Source: Centroscyllium fabricii (taxonomy: Eukaryota). Taken from it: DNA of 64,000 nt. The translations under genes and the position numbers were made by a program. The notes below the pieces were generated by a model. That model was not told where the DNA came from. It did no database searches and saw nothing but the letters and a program-made list of their open reading frames with translations. The DNA lies in contig JBNRSN020000014.1 in assembly GCA_051313645.2 (NCBI GenBank), positions 152,086,001 to 152,150,000 on the forward strand, written 5' to 3'. Positions 14,248-26,500 of this stretch are shown one piece after another. The number at the start of each line of letters is the position of its first letter. Position 1 is the first letter of the stretch.

Positions 14248-16411
14248 TTGACTGAGAGAGGATTGAATGAGGGAGAACTGACTGAGGGAGAACTGACTGA
14301 GAGAGGATTGACTGAGGGAGGATTGACTGAGGGAGAACTGACTGAGGGAGAACTGACTGAGACATGTTTGACTGAGAGAGGACTGACTGAGAGAGGACTG
14401 ACTGAGAGATGATTGACTGAGAGAATATTGACTGAGAGAGGATTTACTAGGAGAGAACTGACTGAGAGAGGACTGACTGAGAGAGGATTGACTGAGAGAG
14501 AACTGACTGAGAGAGAACTGACTGAGAGTGGATTGACTGAGGGAGGATTGATTGAGAGAGGATTGACTGAGGGAGGATTGACTGAGAGAGAACTGACTGA
14601 GAGGAGATTGACTGAAGGAGGACTGACTGAGAAGAACTGACTGAGAGAGGACTGACTGAGAGAGGATTGACTGAGGGAGGATTGACTGAGAGTGGATTGA
14701 CTGAGAGAGAACTGATTGAGAGAGGATTGACTGAGGGAGGATTGATTGAGAGAGGATTGACTGAGGGAGGATTGACTGAGAGAGAACTGACTGAGAGAGG
14801 ATTGACTGAGAGAGGATTGACTGAGAGAGGATTGACTGAGGGAGGATTGACTGAGAGTGGATTGACTGAGAGAGAACTGACTGAGAGAGGATTGACTGAG
14901 GGAAGATTGACTGAGTGAGGATTGACTGAGGGAGGATTGACTGAGAGAGGATTGACTGAGAGAGGATTGACTGAGAGAGGATTGACTGAGAGAGAACTGA
15001 CTGAGAGAGTATTGACTGAGAGAGGATTGACTGATAGAGGACTGACTGAGGGAGGACTGAATGAGAGAGGATTGACTGAGAAATTTTTGACTGAGAGAGG
15101 ATTGAATGAGGGAGAACTGACTGAGGGAGAACTGACTGAGAGAGGATTGACTGAGGGAGGATTGACTGAGAGAGGATTGACTGAGAGAGGATTGACTGAG
15201 AGAGAACTGACTGAGAGAGTATTGACTGAGAGAGGATTGACTGATAGAGGACTGACTGAGGGAGGACTGACTGAAAGAGGATTGACTGAGAAATAATTGA
15301 CTGAGAGAGGATTGAATGAGGGAGAACTGACTGAGGGAGAACTGACTGAGGGAGAACTGACTGAGACATGTTTGACTGAGAGAGGACTGACTGAGAGAGG
15401 ACTGACTGAGAGATGATTGACTGAGAGAATATTGACTGAGAGAGGATTTACTAGGAGAGAACTGACTGAGAGAGGACTGACTGAGAGAGGATTGACTGAG
15501 AGAGAACTGACTGAGAGAGAACTGACTGAGAGTGGATTGACTGAGGGAGGATTGATTGAGAGAGGATTGACTGAGGGAGGATTGACTGAGAGAGAACTGA
15601 CTGAGAGGAGATTGACTGAAGGAGGACTGACTGAGAAGAACTGACTGAGAGAGGACTGACTGAGAGAGGATTGACTGAGGGAGGATTGACTGAGAGTGGA
15701 TTGACTGAGAGAGAACTGATTGAGAGAGGATTGACTGAGGGAGGATTGATTGAGAGAGGATTGACTGAGGGAGGATTGACTGAGAGAGAACTGACTGAGA
15801 GAGGATTGACTGAGAGAGGATTGACTGAGAGAGGATTGACTGAGGGAGGATTGACTGAGAGAGGATTGACTGAGAGAGAACTGACTGAGAGAGGATTGAC
15901 TGAGGGAAGATTGACTGAGTGAGGATTGACTGAGGGAGGATTGACTGAGAGAGGATTGACTGAGAGAGGATTGACTGAGAGAGGATTGACTGAGAGAGAA
16001 CTGACTGAGAGAGTATTGACTGAGGGAGGATTGACTGAGAGAGGATTGACTGAGGGAGGATTGAATGAGAGAGGATTGACTGAGGGAGGATTGACTGAGA
16101 GAAGATTGACTGAGAGAGGATTGACTGAGAGAGAACTGACTGAGAGAGGATTGACAGAGGGAGGATTGACTGAGAGAGGATTGACTGAGGGAGGATTGAC
16201 TGAGAGAGGATTGACTGAGAGAGAACTGACTGAGAGAGTATTGACTGAGGGAGGATTGACTGAGAGAGGATTGACTGAGAGAGGATTGACTGAGGGAGGA
16301 TTGAATGAGAGAGGATTGACTGAGGGAGGATTGACTGAGAGAAGATTGACTGAGAGAGGATTGACTGAGAAAGAACTGACTGAGAGAGGATTGACTGAGA
16401 GGATTGACTGA
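14248..16411 (+). repeat. ~1004-bp tandem block duplication in the satellite
   Basis: ORF-track pairs 14413/15417, 14667/15671 and 14922/15926. Shared rare variants GAGACATGTTTG and GGATTTACTAGG. Confidence 0.8.
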
Positions 16412-16654
16412 TAGAGGACTGACTGAGGGAGGATTGACTGAGAGAGAACTGACTGAGAGAGGATTGACTGAGGGAGCATTGACTGAGAGAGGATTGACTG
16501 AGAGTGTCACAGGGTGCCTGTCCCTTTAAAATATCAAAACAGTTTGGTTGTGCTCCACACCTGTTTTGAGAACTGGTTTCCCCTGTTATTCCATTGTCTA
16601 TTCTATTATCGGTGTCAATTGCCTGCGTGTTCCTGTTCTCATTGCCTTCAGCTT

Positions 16655-16726
16655 ATTGGCTAACACCAAATTGTCTGTTTGCCGGTTTTGGTTCATAAGC
16701 TGGAGGTAGTGATGAGAGCAGGGCGG
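16655..16726 (+). promoter_or_regulatory. Candidate U3 promoter motifs in LTR1: inverted CCAAT (ATTGG 16655-16659) and GC box (GGGCGG 16721-16726)
   Basis: Both motifs are conserved with the same spacing in the diverged LTR2 (37792-37796, 37858-37863). Function is inferred only. Confidence 0.4.
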
Positions 16727-16866
16727 GATCATTGAATGAACTGGATTTCTATTACACATTCTACAAGCCACTGGAAGAAGTGGTTACTGCTTCTGTGCTT
16801 CTGGAGAGGCTATGGGTTTGGACTTTCCCTTGCCCGATTGAGGACGGATTCCCTTTGGACCACTCG

Positions 16867-16914
16867 GCTAGAGTGAGACTAGCTGTAGCAGCTAGAGTGA
16901 GACTGGCTGTGGAG
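16867..16914 (+). repeat. 24-bp tandem duplication within LTR1
   Basis: GCTAGAGTGAGACTAGCTGTAGCA followed by GCTAGAGTGAGACTGGCTGTGGAG; not seen in LTR2. Confidence 0.85.
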
Positions 16915-17206
16915 TAGTCTCCTGTGAATTACTATTTGTCATCTGTCGGGACATTGAGTTCAGCCACCGGCAGCACAGGCTGAGTTGCTTAAGAGAGGCA
17001 ATGGGGTGGAGCTCATATCACTCAGCCTTGACATTGCACTCTGCTATCTGGAACTCAGGCATGGACAATTCATATGTTGAGTAAGGGAGTTCCCCTGCTT
17101 GTGGATCTGAATCTACTACTTGGACATTTGTTTCATTTTCATCCGAACCCAGGTTTGGACATTGATGCCTGTTATGCAGAAGCTGTTCCAAAATCCTCTG
17201 ACGAGG

Positions 17207-17302
17207 AGTTGTATTGTGATGTCCTACTCGCAGAGGAAAACTTGTTTTGTTCTCATAAAGCAGTTGTATTGTGATGTCCTGCTTATAGAGGAAGACTTGT
17301 TT
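17207..17302 (+). repeat. 55-bp-period direct repeat within LTR1
   Basis: AGTTGTATTGTGATGTCCT occurs exactly at 17207 and 17262, each followed by ...AGAGGAA.ACTTGTTT. Confidence 0.85.
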
Positions 17303-17485
17303 AAGTTGGACAGTGATACCTGTAATACAGAAGTTTGGACTTGTATTCTTAGGGAAAATGATGCACTTTGCTGCGTAGCATCCCTCCACTCCTTTCTCAC
17401 AACTTTGGGAAGTTCTGTGCCAGACTTTAGCTAAGACTTGTTTAAGATGATTGTTAGATTTATGCTGGTTGTGTGGTATATATTT

Positions 17486-17491
17486 ATTAAA
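17486..17491 (+). terminator. Putative LTR polyadenylation signal ATTAAA
   Basis: About 80 bp from the LTR 3' end with T-rich sequence downstream. The homologous position in LTR2 is AATAAA. Confidence 0.6.
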
Positions 17492-17572
17492 GGAGTTTTT
17501 GCTTTTAAAGGACGTTTCAGTGTCTCTGCATTTGGGCCCCACCCCCATTCCGTTACACCAATTCGGTTTACA

Positions 17573-20500
17573 GAGAGAGAACTGACTGAGAGAGGATTGA
17601 CTGAGAGAGGATTGACTGAGGGAGGATTGACTGAGGGAGGATTGACTGAGGGAGGATTGACTGAGGGAGGATTGACTGAGGGAGGATTGACTGAGGGAGG
17701 ATTGACTGAGGGAGGATTGACTGAGGGAGGATTGACTGAGAGAGGATTGACTGAGAGAGGATTGACTGAGAGAGAACTGACTGAGAGAGGGCTGACTGAG
17801 GGAGGACTGACTGAGAGAGAACTGACTGAGAGAGGATTGACTGAGAGAGGACTGACGGAGAGAGGACTGACTGAGAGAGGACTGACGGAGAGAGGACTGA
17901 CTGAGAGAGGACTGACTGAGAGAGGATTGACTGAGGGAGGATTGACTGAGAGAGGATTGACTGAGGGAGGATTGACTGAGAGAGGATTGACTGAGAGAGA
18001 ACTGACTGTGATGATTGACTGAGGGAGGTTTGACTGAGAGAGGAATGACTGAGAGAGGAATGACTGAGAGAGAACTGACTGAGAGAGAACTGACTGAGAG
18101 AGAACTGACTGAGAGAGGATTGACTGAGGGAGGATTGACTGAGAGGACTGACTGAGAGAGAACTGACTGAGAGAGGATTGACTGAGAGCAGATTGACTGA
18201 GAGAGAACGGACTGAGAGAGGATTGACTGAGGGAGGATTGACTGAGAGGACTGACTGAGAGAGAACTGACTGAGAGAGGATTGACTGAGAGCAGATTGAC
18301 TGAGAGAGAACGGACTGAGAGAGGATTGACTGAGAGGATTGACTGAGAGAGGACTGACTGAGAGAGGATTGACTGAGGGAGGATTGACTGAGGGAGGATT
18401 GACTGAGAGAGGATTGACTGAGGGAGGATTGACTGAGAGAGGATTGACTGAGGTAGGACTGACTGAGAGAGGATTGACTGGGAGAGGATTGACTGGGAGA
18501 GGATTGACTGAGAGAGGATTGACTGAGAGAGGACTGACTGAGAGAGGATTGACTGAGAGAGGATTGACTGAGAGAGGATTGACTGAGAGAGGATTGACTG
18601 AGAGAGGATTGACTGAGAGAGGATTGACTGAGAGAGGATTGACAGAGAGGATTGACTGAGAGAGGATTGACAGAGAGGATTGACAGAGAGGACTGACTGA
18701 GAGAGGATTGAATGAGAAATAACTGACTGAGAGGATTGACTGAAGGAGAACTGACTGAGGGAGAACTGACTGAGAGAGGATTGACTGAGGGAGAACTCAC
18801 TGAGAGAGATCAGACTGAGAGAGAACAGACTGAGAGAGGATTGACTGAGAGAGGATTGACTGAGAGGATTGACTGAGAGAGGATTGACTGAGAGAGGATT
18901 GACTGAGAGAGGATTGACTGAGAGAGGATTGACTGAGAGAGGATTGACTGAGAGAGGATTGACTGAGGGAGGATTGACTGATCGAGGACTGACTGAGAGA
19001 GGACTGACTGAGGGAGGATTGACTGAGAGAACTGACTGAGGGAGGATTGATTGAGAGAGGATTGACTGAGAGAGGACTGACTGAGAGAGGACTGACTGAG
19101 AGAGGATTGACTGAGAGAGGATTGACTGAGAGAGGATTGACTGAGAGAGGATTGACTGAGAGAGGATTGACTGAGAGAGGATTGACTGAGAGAGGATTGA
19201 CTGAGAGAGGATTGACTGATAGAGGACTGAATGAGGGAGGACTGACTGAGGGAGGACTGACTGAGGGAGGACTGACTGAGAGAGGATTGACTGAGAAATA
19301 ACTGACTGAGAGGATTGACTGAGGGAGAACTGACTGAGGGAGAACTGACTGAGGGAGAACTGACAGAGAGAAATCACTGAGAGAACAGACTGAGAGAGAA
19401 CAGACTGAGAGAGAACAGACTGAGAGAGGATTGACTGAGAGGATTGACTGAGAGGATTGACTGAGAGGATTGACTGAGAGGATTGACTGAGAGGATTGAC
19501 TGCGAGAGAATTGACTGAGGGTGGATTGACTGAGGGAGGATTGACTGAGGGAGGATTGACTGAGAGAGGATTGACTGAGAGAGGATTGACTGAGAGAGGA
19601 TTGACTGAGAGAGGATTGACTGAGAGAGGATTGACTGAGAGAGGATTGACTGAGAGAGGATTGACTGAGAGAGGATTGACTGAGAGAGGATTGACTGAGA
19701 GAGGATTGACTGAGAGAGGATTGACTGAGAGAGGATTGACTGAGAGAGGATTGACTGAGAGAGGATTGACTGAGAGAGGATTGACTGAGAGAGGATTGAC
19801 TGAGGGAGGATTGACTGAGAGAGTATTGACTGGGGGAGGATTGACTGAGGGAGGATTGAATGAGAGAGGATTGACTGAGGGAGGATTGACTGAGAGATAA
19901 CTGACTCAGAGAATTGACTGAGGGAGGATTGACTGAGATAGGATTGACTGAGAGAGAACTGACTGAGAGAGGATTGACTGAGGGAGGAATGACTGAGAGA
20001 AGATTGACTGAGAGAGAACTGACTGAGAGGATTTACTGAGGGAGGATTGACTGAGGGAGGATTGACTGGGAGAGGATTGACTGAGGGAGGACTGACTGAG
20101 AGAGGACTGACTGAGAGAGGATTGACTGAGGGAGGATTGACTGAGGGAGGATTGACTGAGAGGATTGACTGAGGGAGGATTGACTGAGGGACGATTGACT
20201 GAGAGATGATTGACTGAGAGAGAACTGACTGAGAGAGGATTGACTGATAGAGGATTGACTGATAGAGGATTGACTGATAGAGGATTGACTGATAGAGGAT
20301 TGACTGATAGAGGATTGACTGATAGAGGACTGACTGAGGGAGGACTGACTGAGAGAGGACTGACTGAGAGAGGACTGACTGAGAGAGGACTGACTGAGAG
20401 AGGACTGACTGAGAGAGGACTGACTGAGAGAGGACTGACTGAGAGAGGACTGACTGAGAGAGGACTGACTGAGAGAGGATTGACTGAGAGAGGATTGACT

Positions 20501-23500
20501 GAGAGAGGATTGACTGAGAGAGGATTGACTGAGAGAGGATTGACTGAGAGAGGATTGACTGAGAGAGGATTGACAGAGAGGATTGACTGAGAGGATTGAC
20601 AGAGAGGATTGACAGAGAGGACTGACTGAGAGAGGATTGAATGAGAAATAACTGACTCAGAGGATTGACTGAAGGAGAACTGACTGAGGGAGAACTGACT
20701 GAGAGAGGATTGACTGAGGGAGAACTCACTGAGAGAGAACAGACTGAGAGAGGATTGACTGAGAGAGGATTGACTGAGAGAATTGACTGAGAGAGGATTG
20801 ACTGAGAGAGGATTGACTGAGAGAGGATTGACTGAGAGAGGATTGACTGAGAGAGGATTGACTGAGAGAGGATTGACTGAGAGAGGATTGAATGAGAGAG
20901 GATTGACTGAGAGAGGATTGACTGCGGGAGGATTGATTGAGGGAGTATTGACTGAGGGAGGATTGACTGAGAGAGGACTGAGAGAGGACTGACTGAGAGA
21001 GGATTGACTGAGGGAGGATTGACTGAGAGAGGATTGACTGAGGGAGGATTGAATGAGAGAGGATTGACTGAGGGAGGATTAACTGAGAGAGAACTGACTC
21101 AGAGAATTGACTGAGGGAGGATTGAAAGAGAGGATTGACTGAGAGAGGATTGACTGAGAGAGAACTGACAGAGAGGATTGACTGAGTGAGGAATGACTGA
21201 GAGGATTGACTGAGAGAGGATTGACTGAGAGAGGATTGACTGAGAGAGGATTGACTGAGAGAGGTTTGACTGAGAGGTTTGACTGAGAGAGGTTTGACTG
21301 AGAGAGGTTTGACTGAGAGAGGATTGACTGAGAGAGGATTGACTGAGGGAGGATTGACTGAGAGAGGATTGACTGAGGGAGGATTGAATGAGAGAGGATT
21401 GACTGAGGGAGGATTGACTGAGGGAGGATTGACTGAGAGAGAACTGACTGAGGGAGGATTGACAGAGAGAGGATTGACTGAGAGAAAACTGACTGAGAGG
21501 ATTGACTGAGTGAGGAATGACTGAGTGAGGATTGACTGAGAGAGAACTGACTGAGAGAGGATTGACTGAGAGAGGATTGACAGAGAGGATTGACTGAGAG
21601 AGGATTGACTGAGAGAGGATTGACAGAGAGGATTGACTGAGAGAGGATTGACTGAGAGAGGTTTGACTGAGAGGTTTGACTGAGAGAGGTTTGACTGAGA
21701 GAAACTGACTGAGGGAGGATTGACAGAGAGAGGATTGACTGAGAGAAAACTGACTGAGAGGATTGACTGAGTGAGGAATGACTGAGTGAGGATTGACTGA
21801 GAGAGAACTGACTGAGAGAGGTTTGACTGAGAGAGGTTTGACTGAGAGAGGATTGACTGATAGAGGATTGACTGAGAGAGAACTGACTGAGGGAGGACTG
21901 ACTGAGTGAGGATTGACTGAGAGAGAACTGACGGAGAGGAGATTGACTGAAGGAGGACTGACTGAGAAGAACTGACTGAGAGAGGACTGACTGAGAGAGG
22001 ACTGACTGAGGGAGGATTGACTGAGGGAGGATTGACTGAGGGAGGATTGACTGAGAGAGAACTGACTGAGAGAGGATTGACTGAGGGAGGATTGATTGAG
22101 AGAGGATTGACTGAGAGAGGATTGACTGAGAGAGGATTGACTGAGAGAGGATTGACTGAGAGAGGATTGACTGAGAGAGGATTGACTGAGAGAGGATTGA
22201 CTGAGGGAGGATTGACTGAGGGAGGATTGACTGAGAGAAGAGTGACTGAGAGAGAACTGACTGACAGAGGATTGACTGAGGGAAGATTGACTGAGAGAGG
22301 ATTGACTGAGAGAAGATTGACTGAGAGAGAACTGACTGACAGAAGATTGACTGAGTGAGGATTGACTGAGGGAGGATTGACTGAGGGAGAACTGACTGAG
22401 GGAGAACTGACTGAGAGAGGACTGACTGAGAGAGGATTGACTGAGAGAGGATTGACTGAGAGAGAACTGACTGAGGGAGGACTGACTGAGAGGATTGACT
22501 GAGAGAGAACTGACTGAGAGAGTATTGACTGAGAGAACTGACTGAGAGAGGATTGATTGAGGGAGGATTGACTGAGAGACGATTGACTGAGGGAGGATTG
22601 ACTGAGAGAGGATTGACTGAGAGAGAACTGACTGAGAGAGGACTGACTGAGAGAGAACTGACTGAGAGAGGATTGACTGAGAGAGGATTGACTGAGGGAG
22701 GAATGACTGAGAGAGGATTGACAGAGAGAACTGACTGAGAGAGGATTGACAGAGAGGATTGACTGAGGGTGGATTGACTGAGAGAGGATTGACTGAGAGA
22801 GGATTGACTGAGGGAGGATTGACTGAGGGAGGATTGACTGAGAGAGAACTGACTGAGGGAGGATTGACTGAGGGAGGATTGACTGAGAGAGGATTGACTG
22901 AGGGAGGATTGACTGAGAGAGAACGGACTGAGAGAGGACTGACTGAGAGAGGACTGACTGAGAGAGGACTGACTGAGAGAGGACTGACTGAGAGAGGATT
23001 GACTGAGTGAGGAATGACTGAGAGGATTGACTGAGAGAGGATTGACTGAGAGAGGATTGACTGAGAGAGGATTGACTGAGAGAGGTTTGACTGAGAGGTT
23101 TGACTGAGAGAGGTTTGACTGAGAGAGGTTTGACTGAGAGAGGATTGACTGAGAGAGGATTGACTGAGGGAGGATTGACTGAGAGAGGATTGACTGAGGG
23201 AGGATTGAATGAGAGAGGATTGACTGAGGGAGGATTGACTGAGGGAGGATTGACTGAGAGAGAACTGACTGAGGGAGGATTGACAGAGAGAGGATTGACT
23301 GAGAGAAAACTGACTGAGAGGATTGACTGAGTGAGGAATGACTGAGTGAGGATTGACTGAGAGAGAACTGACTGAGAGAGGATTGACTGAGAGAGGATTG
23401 ACAGAGAGGATTGACTGAGAGAGGATTGACTGAGAGAGGATTGACAGAGAGGATTGACTGAGAGAGGATTGACTGAGAGAGGTTTGACTGAGAGGTTTGA

Positions 23501-26500
23501 CTGAGAGAGGTTTGACTGAGAGAAACTGACTGAGGGAGGATTGACAGAGAGAGGATTGACTGAGAGAAAACTGACTGAGAGGATTGACTGAGTGAGGAAT
23601 GACTGAGTGAGGATTGACTGAGAGAGAACTGACTGAGAGAGGTTTGACTGAGAGAGGTTTGACTGAGAGAGGATTGACTGATAGAGGATTGACTGAGAGA
23701 GAACTGACTGAGGGAGGACTGACTGAGTGAGGATTGACTGAGAGAGAACTGACGGAGAGGAGATTGACTGAAGGAGGACTGACTGAGAAGAACTGACTGA
23801 GAGAGGACTGACTGAGAGAGGACTGACTGAGGGAGGATTGACTGAGGGAGGATTGACTGAGGGAGGATTGACTGAGAGAGAACTGACTGAGAGAGGATTG
23901 ACTGAGGGAGGATTGATTGAGAGAGGATTGACTGAGAGAGGATTGACTGAGAGAGGATTGACTGAGAGAGGATTGACTGAGAGAGGATTGACTGAGAGAG
24001 GATTGACTGAGAGAGGATTGACTGAGGGAGGATTGACTGAGGGAGGATTGACTGAGAGAAGAGTGACTGAGAGAGAACTGACTGACAGAGGATTGACTGA
24101 GGGAAGATTGACTGAGAGAGGATTGACTGAGAGAAGATTGACTGAGAGAGAACTGACTGACAGAAGATTGACTGAGTGAGGATTGACTGAGGGAGGATTG
24201 ACTGAGGGAGAACTGACTGAGGGAGAACTGACTGAGAGAGGACTGACTGAGAGAGGATTGACTGAGAGAGGATTGACTGAGAGAGAACTGACTGAGGGAG
24301 GACTGACTGAGAGGATTGACTGAGAGAGAACTGACTGAGAGAGTATTGACTGAGAGAACTGACTGAGAGAGGATTGATTGAGGGAGGATTGACTGAGAGA
24401 CGATTGACTGAGGGAGGATTGACTGAGAGAGGATTGACTGAGAGAGAACTGACTGAGAGAGGACTGACTGAGAGAGAACTGACTGAGAGAGGATTGACTG
24501 AGAGAGGATTGACTGAGGGAGGAATGACTGAGAGAGGATTGACAGAGAGAACTGACTGAGAGAGGATTGACAGAGAGGATTGACTGAGGGTGGATTGACT
24601 GAGAGAGGATTGACTGAGAGAGGATTGACTGAGGGAGGATTGACTGAGGGAGGATTGACTGAGAGAACTGACTGACAGAGTATTTACTGAGGGAGGATTG
24701 ACTGAGAGAAGATTGACTGAGAGATGATTGACTGAGGGAGGGTTGACTGAGAGAGGATTGACTGAGAGAGAACTGACTGAGAGAGGATTGACTGAGGGAG
24801 AACTGACTGAGAGAACTCACTGAGAGAGGATTGACTGAGAGAGGATTGACTGAGGGAGGTTTGACTGAGAGAGGTTTGACTGAGAGGTTTGACTGAGAGA
24901 GGTTTGACTGAGAGAGGATTGACTGAGAGAGGATTGACTGAGAGAGGATTGACTGAGGGAGGATTGACTGAGAGAGGATTGACTGAGGGAGGATTGAATG
25001 AGAGAGGATTGACTGAGGGAGGATTGACTGAGGGAGGATTGACTGCGAGAGAACTGACTGAGGGAGGATTGACAGAGAGAGGATTGACTGAGAGAAAACT
25101 GACTGAGAGGATTGACTGAGTGAGGAATGACTGAGCGAGAATTGACTGAGAGAGAACTGACTGAGAGAGGTTTGACTGAGAGAGGTTTGACTGAGAGAGG
25201 ATTGACTGATAGAGGATTGACTGAGAGAGAACTGACTGAGGGAGGACTGACTGAGAGAGGATTGACTGAGAGAGAACTGACGGAGAGGAGATTGACTGAA
25301 GGAGGACTGACTGAGAAGAACTGACTGAGAGAGGACTGACTGAGAGAGGACTGACTGAGGGAGGATTGACTGAGGGAGGATTGACTGAGGGAGGATTGAC
25401 TGAGAGAGAACTGACTGAGAGAGGATTGACTGAGGGAGGATTGATTGAGAGAGGATTGACTGAGAGAGGATTGACTGAGAGAGGATTGACTGAGAGACGA
25501 TTGACTGAGAGAGGATTGACTGAGAGAGTATTGACTGAGAGAGGATTGACTGAGGGAGGATTGACTGAGGGAGGATTGACTGAGAGAAGATTGACTGAGA
25601 GAGAACTGACTGACAGAGGATTGACTGAGGGAAGATTGACTGAGAGAGGATTGACTGAGAGAAGATTGACTGAGAGAGAACTGGCTGACAGAGGATTGAC
25701 TGAGTGAGGATTGACTGAGGGAGGATTGACTGAGGGAGAACTGACTGAGGGAGAACTGACTGAGAGAGGACTGACTGAGAGAGGATTGACTGAGAGAGGA
25801 TTGACTGAGAGAGAACTGACTGAGGGAGGACTGACTGAGAGGATTGACTGAGAGAGAACTGACTGAGAGAGTATTGACTGAGAGAACTGACTGAGAGAGG
25901 ATTGATTGAGGGAGGATTGACTGAGAGACGATTGACTGAGGGAGGATTGACTGAGAGAGGATTGACTGAGAGAGAACTGACTGAGAGAGGACTGACTGTG
26001 AGAGAACTGACTGAGAGAGGATTGACTGAGAGAGGATTGACTGAGGGAGGAATGACTGAGAGAGGATTGACAGAGAGAACTGACTGAGAGAGGATTGACA
26101 GAGAGGATTGACTGAGAGAGGATTGACTGAGAGAGGATTGACTGAGAGAGGATTGACTGAGGGAGGATTGACTGAGAGAGGATTGACTGAGAGATGATTG
26201 ACTGAGGGAGGGTTGACTGAGAGAGGATTGACTGAGAGAGAACTGACTGAGAGAGGATTGACTGAGGGAGAACTGACTGAGAGAACTCACTGAGAGAGGA
26301 TTGACTGAGAGGATTGACTGAGGGAGGATTGACTGAGAGAACCGACTGAGAGAGGATTGACTGAGAGAGGATTGACTGAGGGAGGATTGAATGAGAGAGA
26401 ACTGACTGAGAGGATTGACTGAGTGAGGATTGACTGAGAGGATTGACTGAGAGAGAACTGACTGAGAGAGAACTGACTGAGAGAGGATTGACTGAGGGAG

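Larger units (their letters stand above)
1..16504 (+). repeat. 15-bp satellite array, domain A (consensus GAGAGAGGATTGACT); runs off the left window edge
   Basis: Continuous tandem 15-mers with GAGGGAGG, GAACTG and GGACTG variants. Marker monomer GAGAAATAATTGACT at 568, 1586, 5068, 6969, 7914, 8574, 9519, 10464, 13294, 14239 and 15288. Confidence 0.98.
16505..17572 (+). mobile_element. Solo LTR (1068 bp) of an LTR retrotransposon or endogenous retrovirus, copy 1
   Basis: Starts TGTCAC and ends TTTACA. 5-bp TSD GAGAG (16500-16504 and 17573-17577); removing the element plus one TSD restores an in-phase monomer. ATTAAA at 17486. Homologous to 37643-38627. No PBS, PPT or internal coding sequence next to it. 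Superfamily cannot be assigned from the LTR alone. Confidence 0.88.

Noticed and set aside
16732-17548. Short ORFs in LTR1 and LTR2 (e.g. 17018-17548 minus, 17120-17434, 38192-38545)
   Set aside because: No recognisable domain, and frames are only partly shared between the homologous LTRs. The similarity reflects DNA homology of non-coding LTRs.
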